Source: an uncultured Gammaproteobacteria bacterium (lineage in GTDB: Bacteria > Patescibacteriota > Patescibacteriia > CAZGFX01). From it: DNA of 64,000 nucleotides. The stretch spans positions 157,422-221,421 of the forward strand of contig CAZGFX010000002.1 in the NCBI GenBank assembly GCA_964524845.1, read 5' to 3'. A program made the translations under genes and the position numbers. Under the pieces are notes generated by a model, which did not search any database, was not told the DNA's origin, and saw only the letters and a list, made by a program, of their open reading frames with translations. This document shows, piece by piece, positions 54,558 to 64,000 of the stretch (within the stretch, counting starts at the first letter, position 1; the number at the start of each line of letters is the position of its first letter).

Positions 54558-55634
54558 TTATCCTGTCCAATGATAAATCAATATACTAAAATCAACCAAG
54601 GTTATCTTTCCGTCCTTATTTAAATCCATATTATTCGGATATCCGCTTCTACCATACCAATACATCATTATGGAAAAATCAACCAAGTTGATTTTTCCAT
54701 CAGTATTAAAATCAACTCCTTTTACAACCAAAAGAGGCTCTGATTTGATTGTTTTATCACTTACATCAAAAACACTCAAAACACTCTCGTTGCTTTTTCT
54801 ACTATTTTTCATCGCCTGAACAAGAAATGAATATTCTCCCTTTTTTAGGTTTTCGGTACTAATATTGATTACATACGCACCACTCCTACCACTTTTGCTA
54901 TTTATATTTATTTGTTTCTCGCCACCGTTAAGACTTGTTGTTATATCACTATAAGGCATAGTATATCCAGAAACAATTAACGAATCTCCTTGTTTCACTT
55001 CCTTAGAATCTGTATATACTGTTGGGGAAATAAAAATATCATTAAACGAAACCGTTGTTCCTTTTTCTACTTTTACGGGAATTGACACGAATCCTGATCG
55101 AAGCCCAGAAGGATCTGTAACAAATATTGTAAAAGTATATTGACCCGGATTAACATCGTTGATACTAAAATTAAAAACTCCATCACTTCCTATATTAATA
55201 GTTTTGACGGAAACGGAATCTCTCAGTACTGACAAAATGCTATTAGGATATGCGTATCCTGAAAAAAACACATCCGTGGTTGTGATCTGTGAAATAATAG
55301 ATCCTCCTCCACCACCACCGCCTCCTCCACTTCCTCCGCTAGGACAAGAACCACAATCAACGGCACAATTACTACATGTTTCCGTTGGTGTTGTGCATAT
55401 TCCATTACCACAAATAACAGGGTCTGTTTCATCATTATCAAGCGCATCTATACATCCCGGATCTGTTGGAAAATCAATTTTTGTATCACTGTCATTATCA
55501 ATTCCATCACTACACTGTGATGTCGCTGTAATTTCAAGCGTGAATTGAGAAGTTCCTGCACTATATAAAATCATAGGCAGAATAATAAATCCACCGAGAA
55601 TCATTGAGTATATTACTGTTTTTAAAATTTTCAT
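54558..55634 (-). CDS. Secreted protein with Cys-rich N-terminus, Ig-like domains and C-terminal type-I dockerin
   Basis: CSDGIDNDSD...CGNGIC...CSNCAVDCGSC, poly-Gly linker; duplicated DFNTDGKINLVDFSI and DLNKDGKITLVDFSI. Confidence 0.85.
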   Translation of the reverse strand: MKILKTVIYSMILGGFIILPMILYSAGTSQFTLEITATSQCSDGIDNDSDTKIDFPTDPGCIDALDNDETDPVICGNGICTTPTETCSNCAVDCGSCPSGGSGGGGGGGGGSIISQITTTDVFFSGYAYPNSILSVLRDSVSVKTINIGSDGVFNFSINDVNPGQYTFTIFVTDPSGLRSGFVSIPVKVEKGTTVSFNDIFISPTVYTDSKEVKQGDSLIVSGYTMPYSDITTSLNGGEKQININSKSGRSGAYVINISTENLKKGEYSFLVQAMKNSRKSNESVLSVFDVSDKTIKSEPLLVVKGVDFNTDGKINLVDFSIMMYWYGRSGYPNNMDLNKDGKITLVDFSILIYHWTG

Positions 55635-55651
55635 GATCTATATATATAATA

Positions 55652-58600
55652 TCAATTTGCGATAACGCTGACCACCATCGGGAGAGAATAACTACCAGCA
55701 CCCTGACTACTTGGGACTGTTTGTGATAATGTTGCTCCGGTTATATCCCAATAACATTCTGTTTGCGATAATGTGTTTGTTGAAAGAAGAGTAATAGAAT
55801 CAGTTACACCTTGATTAAATGCGGATGAGCCACCAACAGAAAGACCTATGCGTGTACATCCTGATTCAGGCGTAATTGTTATTACCGATGGATTGATTGT
55901 TAATTGTCCTCCAACACTATCTACATCTCCTCCGTCTGCGCACCCAACAGGAATACCGTTTGGATCATTAAAATCATATGCACTTCCTCCGGCCTGCCAC
56001 GTTGCTACCGCACCACCTGAAGGAGCTATCGAAAGTGTCCACCGATTGTTTCTGGTTGCATTCGATACACGTATCTTCTCAGCACTTACACCAAGTGTAC
56101 CTGTGGTTGTTTGACATTGAAATTGAGTAGTAAGCGCTGAAAAACCGACTGACGGTGATCCCACGCTTACACCTCCTGCATCAACTATATCAACTGACAA
56201 TATTCCAGCATCTTTTTTTGCCCACCTCACACTCATCATAGCAAAATCCCAATCCCTTGTTCCAGGATTTACAGCAGTACCAGCAGAAGTACGCATGCGC
56301 ATGTTCATATTGTTTGTGGATGTATTCACATTATCATCTGGCGATGTCTGATACTCCGAGTAAACCCAACTATCGCTCCACGAATATGTTGTTGCAGCGT
56401 TAGTGTCTGTACTTGGTGTATTCACCCATCCACTAGTTCCTGCAACTCCACTATAATCACGAATCTGCGGATCCATGGTTTGAGCGGCATTATTTGATCT
56501 ATATTTTGCCGCATAATGAACTCCTGTAATAGACGTATTTGCTCCAACCGACACAGGAAATGACATGTTTTGAGATGCTGCATATTCAGCTCCGGTTCCA
56601 TCTGCATCGTTATCCTGAGGATACCACGTTGTAGGAGTATATTCTGTTACAGCCGTTGCTTGCCAAGTACTTGTTGCTGGCGTTGCTGTTTTTCCTTCCC
56701 TTGTGTCACGAGTATTCACACAATTTGTCGCTGTTCCTGTTCCCCAAGATATTTCACATTGTGATGAGTCTGTATTAACAGATCCGAGCATCATATAAAT
56801 TCGATCAAACTGCATATTATAAACTGTTCCGGGAGAATTGGTTAAAAAACGAATCCAAATCTCACCTGTTCCGGATATATAATCGGAAAGAGTAAATCCC
56901 GGTATGGTAGTGCTATTAAACGCATATCCATACTCAGTATCAGTCGCGCACGCGGATCCAGTTACACTTCCTCCGAGTTGAGTCCATGTTCCGTTTGAAA
57001 ATCTTCTCGCATATACACCGAATGTAAGTGCTGTATTTGAAACACAAATTTCAGGCGAGACCAGAATTGTGTTCATTGTTGAATACGAATTTATATTTTT
57101 AAATATATAATAAAAATCAACAGCTTGTGATATGGCCGGCATAGGAATTGTAATCTTGTTGCCATCACTTGCTGTTAAATTCGTTGAAACAGCTCCAACA
57201 AGATCGGATATGTAATTTGTTGTTGTTCCAGCGCTTGTAATTGTCATGTTTGCCGGTTCATAAACAGGATCGACAGCAACTTCGACTCTTGCAACATCTA
57301 GTCTGTGCTGAACTGTGGATGCGACAGTCGAGTATGTACGAATAAGAACTCTGTTATTACTTCCGGTATTAATAAAATTTGTAAGTAGTGTACTTATTGG
57401 ACTTCCGGGGGTTGTGACGCGTGTTGAAAAATATCCATCATATATTTCATAGTTTCTTGATGTGTCTGCTGTGTTCGTATATGTTGTTTTTCTTGGATGA
57501 AGTGTTCTCCATCCTCCTCCTGTACACTGAGCATCAGCTGCATTATCAACACTTGTTGTTGATGTCCAGTCACATATCTGATGAATATATGCGTTTCCTG
57601 TTGTTATGTTCGTGTCCTCTATTGTTATAATCATCTTGTTCGCACCATATAACTCTACATTATCAAAATAAACCTGTTTATTCAGTCCTCCTGGATTTGC
57701 ACGAGCAGTAGTCCAATATATATCATCCGATCCGAAAGAACCTCTATATGAACGAACATTTGAAACGCTAGATGCGACCTCAGATCCTGTAACAAGCTGG
57801 CCACCTGTAACTGGATACTGAGCGATCAAAGTACGACGATTAGTCTCTTCTATCCATCTCACGCTCATCATTGCAAAATCCCAATCTCTTGTTCCAGGAT
57901 TTGTCGTGGTGCCAGCAGAAGTACGCATACGCATATTCATATTGTTTGTGGATGTATTCACATTATCATCAGGAGATGTCTGATATTCGGCATTCACCCA
58001 ACTATCACTCCAAGAGTATGTTGTTGCGGCGTTAGTGTCGGTACTTGGTGTATTTATCCATCCGCTGGTTCCTGCAATTCCGCTATAATCACGAATCTGT
58101 GGATCCATGGTTTGAGTAGCATTATTTGATCTATATTTTGCCGCATAATGTATTGCCGTCACAGACGTAAGTGGACTTACTGTTATTGGAAATGACTCGT
58201 TTTGAGATGTTGCATATTCAGCTCCAATTCCATCTGCATCGTTATCCTGAGGATACCATGCTGTAGGAGTATATTCTGTTACTGCTGTTGCTTGCCATGT
58301 TGTTGTTGCCGGCGTTGCTGTTTTCCCTTCTCTTGTATCACGAGTATTCACACAATTTGTCGCCGTACCTGTTCCCCAAGATATTTCACATTGTGATGAG
58401 TCTGTATTAACAGATCCGAGCATCATATAAACACGATCAAACTGCATATTGTAAACTGTTCCAGGGGTGTTGGTAGCGAATCTTATCCGTGCTTCTCCAC
58501 TGTTTGATATATGATCAGCAAAATTAAAACTAGGGATCGTAGTACTATTAAAAGCATATCCGTATTCGGTGTCAGTCGCACACACTGATCCGGTTACGCT

Positions 58601-59665
58601 TCCTCCGAGTTGAGTCCATGAACTGGAATTAAAATTATATGCATATATTCCAAAGGTCAGAGCTGCATTTGAAACACAAACCTCCGGAGAAACTAGGATT
58701 GTATTCATTCCTTTGTATGCTTTTATATTTGAAAATGAAAAATATATGTCCGCCGCCTGTGATATAGCCGGCATAGGCACGGTCATCTTCGTATCATCAC
58801 TTGCCGTAAGGTTTGTCGACACGGCCCCAACAAGATCGGATATGTAATTTGTTGTTGTTCCAGCGCTTGTAATTGTCATGTTTGCTGGTTCATATACAGG
58901 ATCGACAGCAACCTCTACTCTTGCTACATCTAAATGATGTTGATAATTAGATGTTATTGTAGAATATACACGAATAAGAATTCTATTATTATTACTTGTG
59001 TTTATGAAGTTTGTTAAGGGTGTACTTATAGGACTTCCGGGAGTTGTGACGCGAGTTGAAAAATATCCGTCATATATTTCATAATTTCTTGATGTATCCG
59101 CTGTATTCGTATATGTGGTTTTTCTTGGATGAAGTGTTCTCCACCCTCCTCCTGTACACTGTGTGTCGGCTATATTATCAACTCCTGTAGTAGAAACCCA
59201 ATCACACACTTGATGTGTATATGAAGCAGCTGATATCCTGTCTTCTATTGTTATAATCATCTTGTTCGCACCATATAGCTCTACATTATCAAAATAAACT
59301 TGTTTATCTGTTCCTCCTGGATTTGTTCGTGTGGTTGACCATAATATATCATCCGAACCAAAAGCACCACGATACGAACGAACATTTGTCGCACTTGATG
59401 CATTCTCTGTTCCAACAACAAGCTGGCCACCTGTAGGAGTAAACTCATATATCGCCTTTGCACTAGGAACTCCGTCATTATTTAAAATATTAGAATAAGT
59501 ATTATTATAAAAATTATTATCAAAAGACTTTGGAATAATATTACTTCCATTCAATAAAAATACTCCCGCAAGCACGAATATTGCGATAATGCGTCTAAAA
59601 AACAAAATATATTTTGTGTTTATTTTCATCTTTTCAGTATGTAAAAAAGTGCAATTTTTATTCAA
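55652..59665 (-). CDS. Large secreted protein with a tandem duplicated ~543-aa module and C-terminal WxL-like domain
   Basis: Two near-identical modules (TGGQLV...WDFAMMSVRW). The C-terminal ~185 aa resembles the 62525-63229 protein (GxLSxDIV...SPSVxFSA...WTLS). Confidence 0.8.
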   Translation of the reverse strand: MNKNCTFLHTEKMKINTKYILFFRRIIAIFVLAGVFLLNGSNIIPKSFDNNFYNNTYSNILNNDGVPSAKAIYEFTPTGGQLVVGTENASSATNVRSYRGAFGSDDILWSTTRTNPGGTDKQVYFDNVELYGANKMIITIEDRISAASYTHQVCDWVSTTGVDNIADTQCTGGGWRTLHPRKTTYTNTADTSRNYEIYDGYFSTRVTTPGSPISTPLTNFINTSNNNRILIRVYSTITSNYQHHLDVARVEVAVDPVYEPANMTITSAGTTTNYISDLVGAVSTNLTASDDTKMTVPMPAISQAADIYFSFSNIKAYKGMNTILVSPEVCVSNAALTFGIYAYNFNSSSWTQLGGSVTGSVCATDTEYGYAFNSTTIPSFNFADHISNSGEARIRFATNTPGTVYNMQFDRVYMMLGSVNTDSSQCEISWGTGTATNCVNTRDTREGKTATPATTTWQATAVTEYTPTAWYPQDNDADGIGAEYATSQNESFPITVSPLTSVTAIHYAAKYRSNNATQTMDPQIRDYSGIAGTSGWINTPSTDTNAATTYSWSDSWVNAEYQTSPDDNVNTSTNNMNMRMRTSAGTTTNPGTRDWDFAMMSVRWIEETNRRTLIAQYPVTGGQLVTGSEVASSVSNVRSYRGSFGSDDIYWTTARANPGGLNKQVYFDNVELYGANKMIITIEDTNITTGNAYIHQICDWTSTTSVDNAADAQCTGGGWRTLHPRKTTYTNTADTSRNYEIYDGYFSTRVTTPGSPISTLLTNFINTGSNNRVLIRTYSTVASTVQHRLDVARVEVAVDPVYEPANMTITSAGTTTNYISDLVGAVSTNLTASDGNKITIPMPAISQAVDFYYIFKNINSYSTMNTILVSPEICVSNTALTFGVYARRFSNGTWTQLGGSVTGSACATDTEYGYAFNSTTIPGFTLSDYISGTGEIWIRFLTNSPGTVYNMQFDRIYMMLGSVNTDSSQCEISWGTGTATNCVNTRDTREGKTATPATSTWQATAVTEYTPTTWYPQDNDADGTGAEYAASQNMSFPVSVGANTSITGVHYAAKYRSNNAAQTMDPQIRDYSGVAGTSGWVNTPSTDTNAATTYSWSDSWVYSEYQTSPDDNVNTSTNNMNMRMRTSAGTAVNPGTRDWDFAMMSVRWAKKDAGILSVDIVDAGGVSVGSPSVGFSALTTQFQCQTTTGTLGVSAEKIRVSNATRNNRWTLSIAPSGGAVATWQAGGSAYDFNDPNGIPVGCADGGDVDSVGGQLTINPSVITITPESGCTRIGLSVGGSSAFNQGVTDSITLLSTNTLSQTECYWDITGATLSQTVPSSQGAGSYSLPMVVSVIAN
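56222..59440 (-). repeat. Intragenic tandem duplication, period about 1630 bp
   Basis: AGCTGGCCACCTGTA at 57795 and 59421; GCAAAATCCCAATC at 56241 and 57873; long identical stretches between them. Confidence 0.9.
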
Positions 59666-61310
59666 TTATCATTTCTTTCTCTATGGTTGGAATTGTTTCA
59701 ATTCTTAATGATTTCTCATCTGTAAAAAACCGATAATCTGTTTCATTGATTGTGAAATTATTTCGTTCGATATCAGATTCGATGGTCTGTGAAATAATTG
59801 TGTTTGTAAGAAAATTAAATACGACAATTGATCCTTTATCGGGGCCTACCCAAAAAAGCATGTCATCAATATTCTGATAAGGTATATCGAAATTCATTGT
59901 TTCTTCATCTGCGACTTTTTGCCATTGTGTCTCATCGGTTTGTGTGTCAGCGCGCCACATCTCTTTTTTTCCTTCTGCAGTTTCAAGTGTGTAAATTTCT
60001 CGTCCATCATCAGTATTTTTTATATCAACAACATTATAAAAAGACATATCTATTCCAGGTGTGATGTCTCCGTCAAATTCTTCATATTCCACATCAATCT
60101 GTATTCCATCAACAACTAGCTCCATCCCGCGCTCAAGTGCTTTATCTGAAATAACAAATGAAACACTTAGTCTTTTCATATCCCAAAATGTTTTCAACGG
60201 AAGAATGAAATCGCTATCAAGAACACCGCCTTTTTCATATACTGGACCAAGCTCTATATCTGTTTTACCATCAAAAGAATAATACAAGAATGCCATTTCC
60301 ATATTTTCTTTTTCCAAAACATCTTCTTCTTTTTTATCTTGATTAAGTTCTAATAATTGATCCGATTCGTTTGGCACAATAATTGACTGTTCTTGATTTT
60401 CTTTATTTACATCAATATTCGGTGTATCAATTATTTCTTCATTCATTACTTGAGATTCGTCTGATTTTGTATTTGGTGTTTCATCGGTTTGTACATCTGA
60501 TTCCACTGCTGGAGCAATGTTTTCTTTTGGTTGTTCATCAAATAAAAGTGGTGTTGCGTTTATATCAGAATCGGCCTGAGTCGGCTCTTCCAAAATAAGT
60601 GTTTCCGATTCTTTGTTTTGGTCATCCACAACAAAAACACCACCATATGATGATTTACCAGCGATCATTTGTTCGCCTTGTTGAGAAATTGGTTCGTTTG
60701 ACTCAGAAACAGGCGGTGTATCTGCCGGTTTTTCAGTCTGATCGACTGATGTGGGTGTTTCTTTCTCATCAACGGTTGGTGCTAACTCTGTTGCTGTAGG
60801 AATATCCGATATTATTTCTGTTTCTTGAACAGGTTCTATTGCGCCTTGTTTTTCTTTTTCAGCTTCTTGTTCTGTTGCATCTGAATTATAAGATTGGTCA
60901 GTGACGTCTTGAATTGTTTTTTCTTCTGTTTCAGAAATTGTTTCAGAGGCGCGAGTTTTCCAATTAATATGCAGAGATGCTTTTTTAATAATTCCTCTTG
61001 GGACAATCCCTGTAAAAGAAGTGCACACTACACGAGATGATGGCACTTCTTTTTTAATTGTAGTATCTTCATCATTGTTATTTTCCTGTCTCAAAACATC
61101 AACATTTTCTTTAATAATATTAACTGTGGAACAAACAAGTGGACGGAACGACGACGTTGTCACATTTTCAGGAACAATATCAAGAGACCCCCACACAGCC
61201 CCACCTATACAAACAAGTAGCACAACAACAATACCGATGAGTTTCATCGTATGAAGAGTAAAAAAATGATAAGCTGAATAATTTCGAGATTTGTAATCTC
61301 TTTTTTGCAT
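59658..61310 (-). CDS. Acidic exported hypothetical protein
   Basis: N-terminal TM, long E/Q/T/P-rich low-complexity centre; overlaps the next gene by 8 nt. Confidence 0.7.
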   Translation of the reverse strand: MQKRDYKSRNYSAYHFFTLHTMKLIGIVVVLLVCIGGAVWGSLDIVPENVTTSSFRPLVCSTVNIIKENVDVLRQENNNDEDTTIKKEVPSSRVVCTSFTGIVPRGIIKKASLHINWKTRASETISETEEKTIQDVTDQSYNSDATEQEAEKEKQGAIEPVQETEIISDIPTATELAPTVDEKETPTSVDQTEKPADTPPVSESNEPISQQGEQMIAGKSSYGGVFVVDDQNKESETLILEEPTQADSDINATPLLFDEQPKENIAPAVESDVQTDETPNTKSDESQVMNEEIIDTPNIDVNKENQEQSIIVPNESDQLLELNQDKKEEDVLEKENMEMAFLYYSFDGKTDIELGPVYEKGGVLDSDFILPLKTFWDMKRLSVSFVISDKALERGMELVVDGIQIDVEYEEFDGDITPGIDMSFYNVVDIKNTDDGREIYTLETAEGKKEMWRADTQTDETQWQKVADEETMNFDIPYQNIDDMLFWVGPDKGSIVVFNFLTNTIISQTIESDIERNNFTINETDYRFFTDEKSLRIETIPTIEKEMIIE

Positions 61311-61339
61311 TTGTTTTAGATATAATGCTCCATGTCAAC

Positions 61340-62488
61340 TTATGAATGAGGGGGAACTTTAATTTTTGTACCTGACAAAACAGTAAACGGTGGTCTTATA
61401 GAATTAACTTTAGCCAGAAGCCTCCACGAAACATTGTGTTTTTCTGCTATTTTCATGATGTCCTCATTTTCACAAACAATATAATCAACCCATGTTGTGT
61501 TTATCCATTTCTTGCGTTTAAAATACAATACGATAAGCGCAACAAGTACAATAATTAGAACTAGAATAATTAATTCAATAATAAGCGCCGGAAATGTAGG
61601 AAAACTAAAAAACCACTTGGAATCACCATCGATTATCTTCGATGGATTATCTGTTTTTACTCCTATACCAGCCGAATTACTTGAATCATATGCGATTGCG
61701 ACTGAGGTTTTGAAAAGACCTCCCCAAAAAGGCTTTTTGAGTTCAAAATTCCATTCTGATGTTTCTCCTCGAAGTACAGGATAATCTCCGCCGTGTGTCA
61801 TTAATAATGGACCAAAAAAATAACTGGTTGATAAATTTACTGTCGTATCAATTGAAACATTTCCATTGTTTTTTACTTGTGGTTTAAGCAAAAAGCTTCC
61901 ATCATCACGTTTCGTAATTGCAAAACCAACAATCTCAAGAGAACGTTTTATTTCTCCGGGTATTGTAATGGCGACACGAAGTCCTGTTCTAAGAGACAAG
62001 TTCATACCTGGAGTATCGGTGGTATCTTTCTTCTCTTGCATTAAAATACAACCATTATGTTCTCCTACGCTTGCGTTTCCTGGTACTGAGATAACAAATG
62101 GTATAATTTCGTTTGTTTTTGGTTCGAGTGTGACTTCTGTTTTTGAAAGACTGATCCATGCTCCAACGTCTTTCTTTTCTTCAACAAACTGTTTACAAGC
62201 GAACCCTCCTCCGGATGACGGAGTAGAATCAGCCGAGTATACGAGAATGGTTTTCTTTTCAGAGCTATTATTTACTACGACCACGCCTTCGTCTTTAGTT
62301 GAACCTGGCTCCAGTGTATGAATAAAAATATCCTCTGTACGAGAATTGTCTTGGCGCGGATACGCTGGCCGTCCTCCTATTCCGCCGTATTCAACTGCGG
62401 ATACTGGGATAGCCATAAACAGAGCAAGTGCGCACACGATTGTTGCGCACAAGCCCCGTTGTTTCTTAACCGAATTATATATCGACAC
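61340..62488 (-). CDS. DUF916 (WxL-interacting)-like protein with TM and C-terminal LysM
   Basis: LEPGSTKDEGVVVVNNS...VYSADS...GAWI...IPFVISVP.NASVGEH.G; VKNNGNV; TM; YIVCENEDIMKIAEKHNVSWRLLAKVN...GTKIKVP. Confidence 0.8.
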   Translation of the reverse strand: MSIYNSVKKQRGLCATIVCALALFMAIPVSAVEYGGIGGRPAYPRQDNSRTEDIFIHTLEPGSTKDEGVVVVNNSSEKKTILVYSADSTPSSGGGFACKQFVEEKKDVGAWISLSKTEVTLEPKTNEIIPFVISVPGNASVGEHNGCILMQEKKDTTDTPGMNLSLRTGLRVAITIPGEIKRSLEIVGFAITKRDDGSFLLKPQVKNNGNVSIDTTVNLSTSYFFGPLLMTHGGDYPVLRGETSEWNFELKKPFWGGLFKTSVAIAYDSSNSAGIGVKTDNPSKIIDGDSKWFFSFPTFPALIIELIILVLIIVLVALIVLYFKRKKWINTTWVDYIVCENEDIMKIAEKHNVSWRLLAKVNSIRPPFTVLSGTKIKVPPHS

Positions 62489-62524
62489 AAGAATCTAAAT
62501 TAGAAACCAATTAGAAAATACTGT

Positions 62525-63229
62525 TTATGATGCAACGACGGAGAGTGTCATATTGATATCATAATCAGCAGCCGCTGGCTGTGAACCAGGAATTGTTTGT
62601 GAAACGGCAACTCCTTGAATTGTATAATCAGCAACATCGCTTGCGCTGGCAGCAGCAGTAGCGATTGTAATGCTATCAGTTGAATCTTCAACATAAGCAG
62701 CAGAACTTCCGAGAGTTACATTTGATGTGTTACATCCACCTACACATTGTCCGTTTGCTAGAGTCGCACCAGCTGGATTAACCGTCATTTGTCCACGAAT
62801 AGTGTCAGTATCTACTCCATCAGTACATCCTGATCCAGAAGAGTCATTGAAATCTAAATCGGTACCTGCGCTATCCCACATTGCTGTAGGAGCTGATGCC
62901 GCAAGAGACAATGTCCAACCAGAATCAGCAGCATCAGGATTCGCAACATATATTTGTTGTGTTCCTGTACCGAACGTACCTGTTGAACCAGGTGTCTGAC
63001 ACGCAAATGTAGCACTTACCGCAGAGAAGGCCACAGAAGGACTTCCAACACTTACATAAGATCCATTAACAATATCAGTAGATAATGTTCCTGGATTGAT
63101 CGTAAGTGTAAAATTGGACGTCGCAGAAGCGTATACATATGCTACTGTTCCAAAAGAAAGTGCAATAGCCACAAACATAGCGACACCAATGTTTGTTTTT
63201 TTCAAAATTGAATAAAAAATCTTTGACAT
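62525..63229 (-). CDS. WxL-domain surface protein
   Basis: Signal peptide; FTLTINPGTLS, GWTLSL, SQTIPGSQPA..YDINMTLSV. Confidence 0.65.
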   Translation of the reverse strand: MSKIFYSILKKTNIGVAMFVAIALSFGTVAYVYASATSNFTLTINPGTLSTDIVNGSYVSVGSPSVAFSAVSATFACQTPGSTGTFGTGTQQIYVANPDAADSGWTLSLAASAPTAMWDSAGTDLDFNDSSGSGCTDGVDTDTIRGQMTVNPAGATLANGQCVGGCNTSNVTLGSSAAYVEDSTDSITIATAAASASDVADYTIQGVAVSQTIPGSQPAAADYDINMTLSVVAS

Positions 63230-63391
63230 ATTTTTATATTATATAACTATATAAACCTCAATATTCTTAAACCTTTTTTATAAACGAGGCTCCTTAATTA
63301 TAAACAATTTTGAAGAAAAGATAAAGAGAAAATAAAAAAAATAAGCCATAAAAATGGCTTATATAGAGGGTTGTTATAATATTTATAAATT

Positions 63392-63538
63392 TTATCTTCT
63401 TTTCATCGGGATATCTATTGAAATAAGGGATTTTTCATCTATTTGTATTATAATAGATTACCAGGTTTTATAACCGTTTTTTTCAGCTCTTATCGTATAT
63501 TTTCCTTGTTCTGAAGATAAAAAATATATTTTTATCCA
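63392..63538 (-). pseudogene. Remnant of a carboxypeptidase-regulatory-like (Ig) domain gene
   Basis: Hand translation WIKIYFLSSEQGKYTIRAEKNGYKTW*SIIIQIDEKSLISIDIPMKRR*, with an in-frame TAA at 63460-63458. Confidence 0.5.
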
Positions 63539-63551
63539 TCCAAAAACTTTT

Positions 63552-63590
63552 TTATCAAAAAACCACTATACTTTAGTGGTTTTTTGATAA
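63552..63590 (-). terminator. Long AT-rich hairpin terminator
   Basis: TTATCAAAAAACCACTA-tactt-TAGTGGTTTTTTGATAA, 17-bp perfect stem. Confidence 0.7.
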
Positions 63591-63597
63591 TTTTTTT

Positions 63598-63999
63598 CTA
63601 TTTTTGTGATAAAATATTGTTTGCCACCTCTCTCGTTTTTGGTCCAAAAAAACCAGTGCCTTTTTTTAATCCTGATGGAGATAATATTTGCTCAGCATAA
63701 GCCTCTTGGAAACGAATAACAGCGGCTTTAGTCAATATACCGAAAAGATCCGTTTCTAGACCTGGTGACCCAAGACCGCTATCAGCCAATTTGAATCCGT
63801 TTTCATTCAAGAATTTTTGCAATAAAATTATATCCGAATTTCTTTGACTATAACGCAAACTTTTCGTAAACAGAATCTTTTTACTTGAAACTTGTTTTAT
63901 ATCAGTTACTGGTATACTAATCTTCTTTTCTAAATCCAAAACCTGTGGAATATCTTTTATAATCTCTGGTTCGTAATAAATACTATCGCTAACAGTCTT
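63598..63999 (-). CDS. Peptidoglycan-binding-domain protein (3' part; begins beyond the window)
   Basis: FTKSLRY...DIILLQKFLN..G...GSPGLETD.FG.LTKAAVIRFQ...GTGFFGPKTR. The frame is open to the window end. Confidence 0.85.
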   Translation of the reverse strand, partial: KTVSDSIYYEPEIIKDIPQVLDLEKKISIPVTDIKQVSSKKILFTKSLRYSQRNSDIILLQKFLNENGFKLADSGLGSPGLETDLFGILTKAAVIRFQEAYAEQILSPSGLKKGTGFFGPKTREVANNILSQK

Positions 64000-64000
64000 C

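Overview
AT-rich 64-kb chromosomal segment of a bacterium that looks like a Patescibacterium (CPR). This assignment is an inference from the alpha2-type GlyRS, the SecA SEC-C insertion, a VirB4/TraG-like ATPase, GRILLQVESxGEAWY repeats, a giant S74-domain protein and housekeeping genes without Shine-Dalgarno (SD) sites. Most genes are on the - strand. Bases 1-41.7 kb are mainly housekeeping: GT2, ftsQ-like, serS, cyclophilin, lysS, secA, hpf, murB, dnaX, cysS, dus, tatD, cvpA, metG, rsmI, glyQS, tgt, recO, ileS. Bases 41.7-64 kb are a cell-surface cluster: a 3424-aa repeat/S74 protein, cohesin and dockerin proteins, WxL and DUF916-LysM proteins. The most unusual signal is about eight stand-alone transcription cassettes dispersed between housekeeping genes. 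Most have a sigma70-type TTGAnn-16/17-TAnnnT promoter, an A-rich leader, often a hairpin just upstream of a strong AAGGAG(G)/GGAGG SD, and their own terminator. The housekeeping genes I checked have no SD. Cassette cargo includes a PorV-family outer-membrane beta-barrel and an S8 protease with a T9SS-type C-terminal domain, both typical of diderm FCB-group bacteria. It also includes two tandem 500-600-nt structured RNAs (31.26-32.41 kb) carrying SD-led micro-ORFs, among them three MKxx[YH]G* hexapeptides. All calls come from reading the sequence by eye; no database searches were run.
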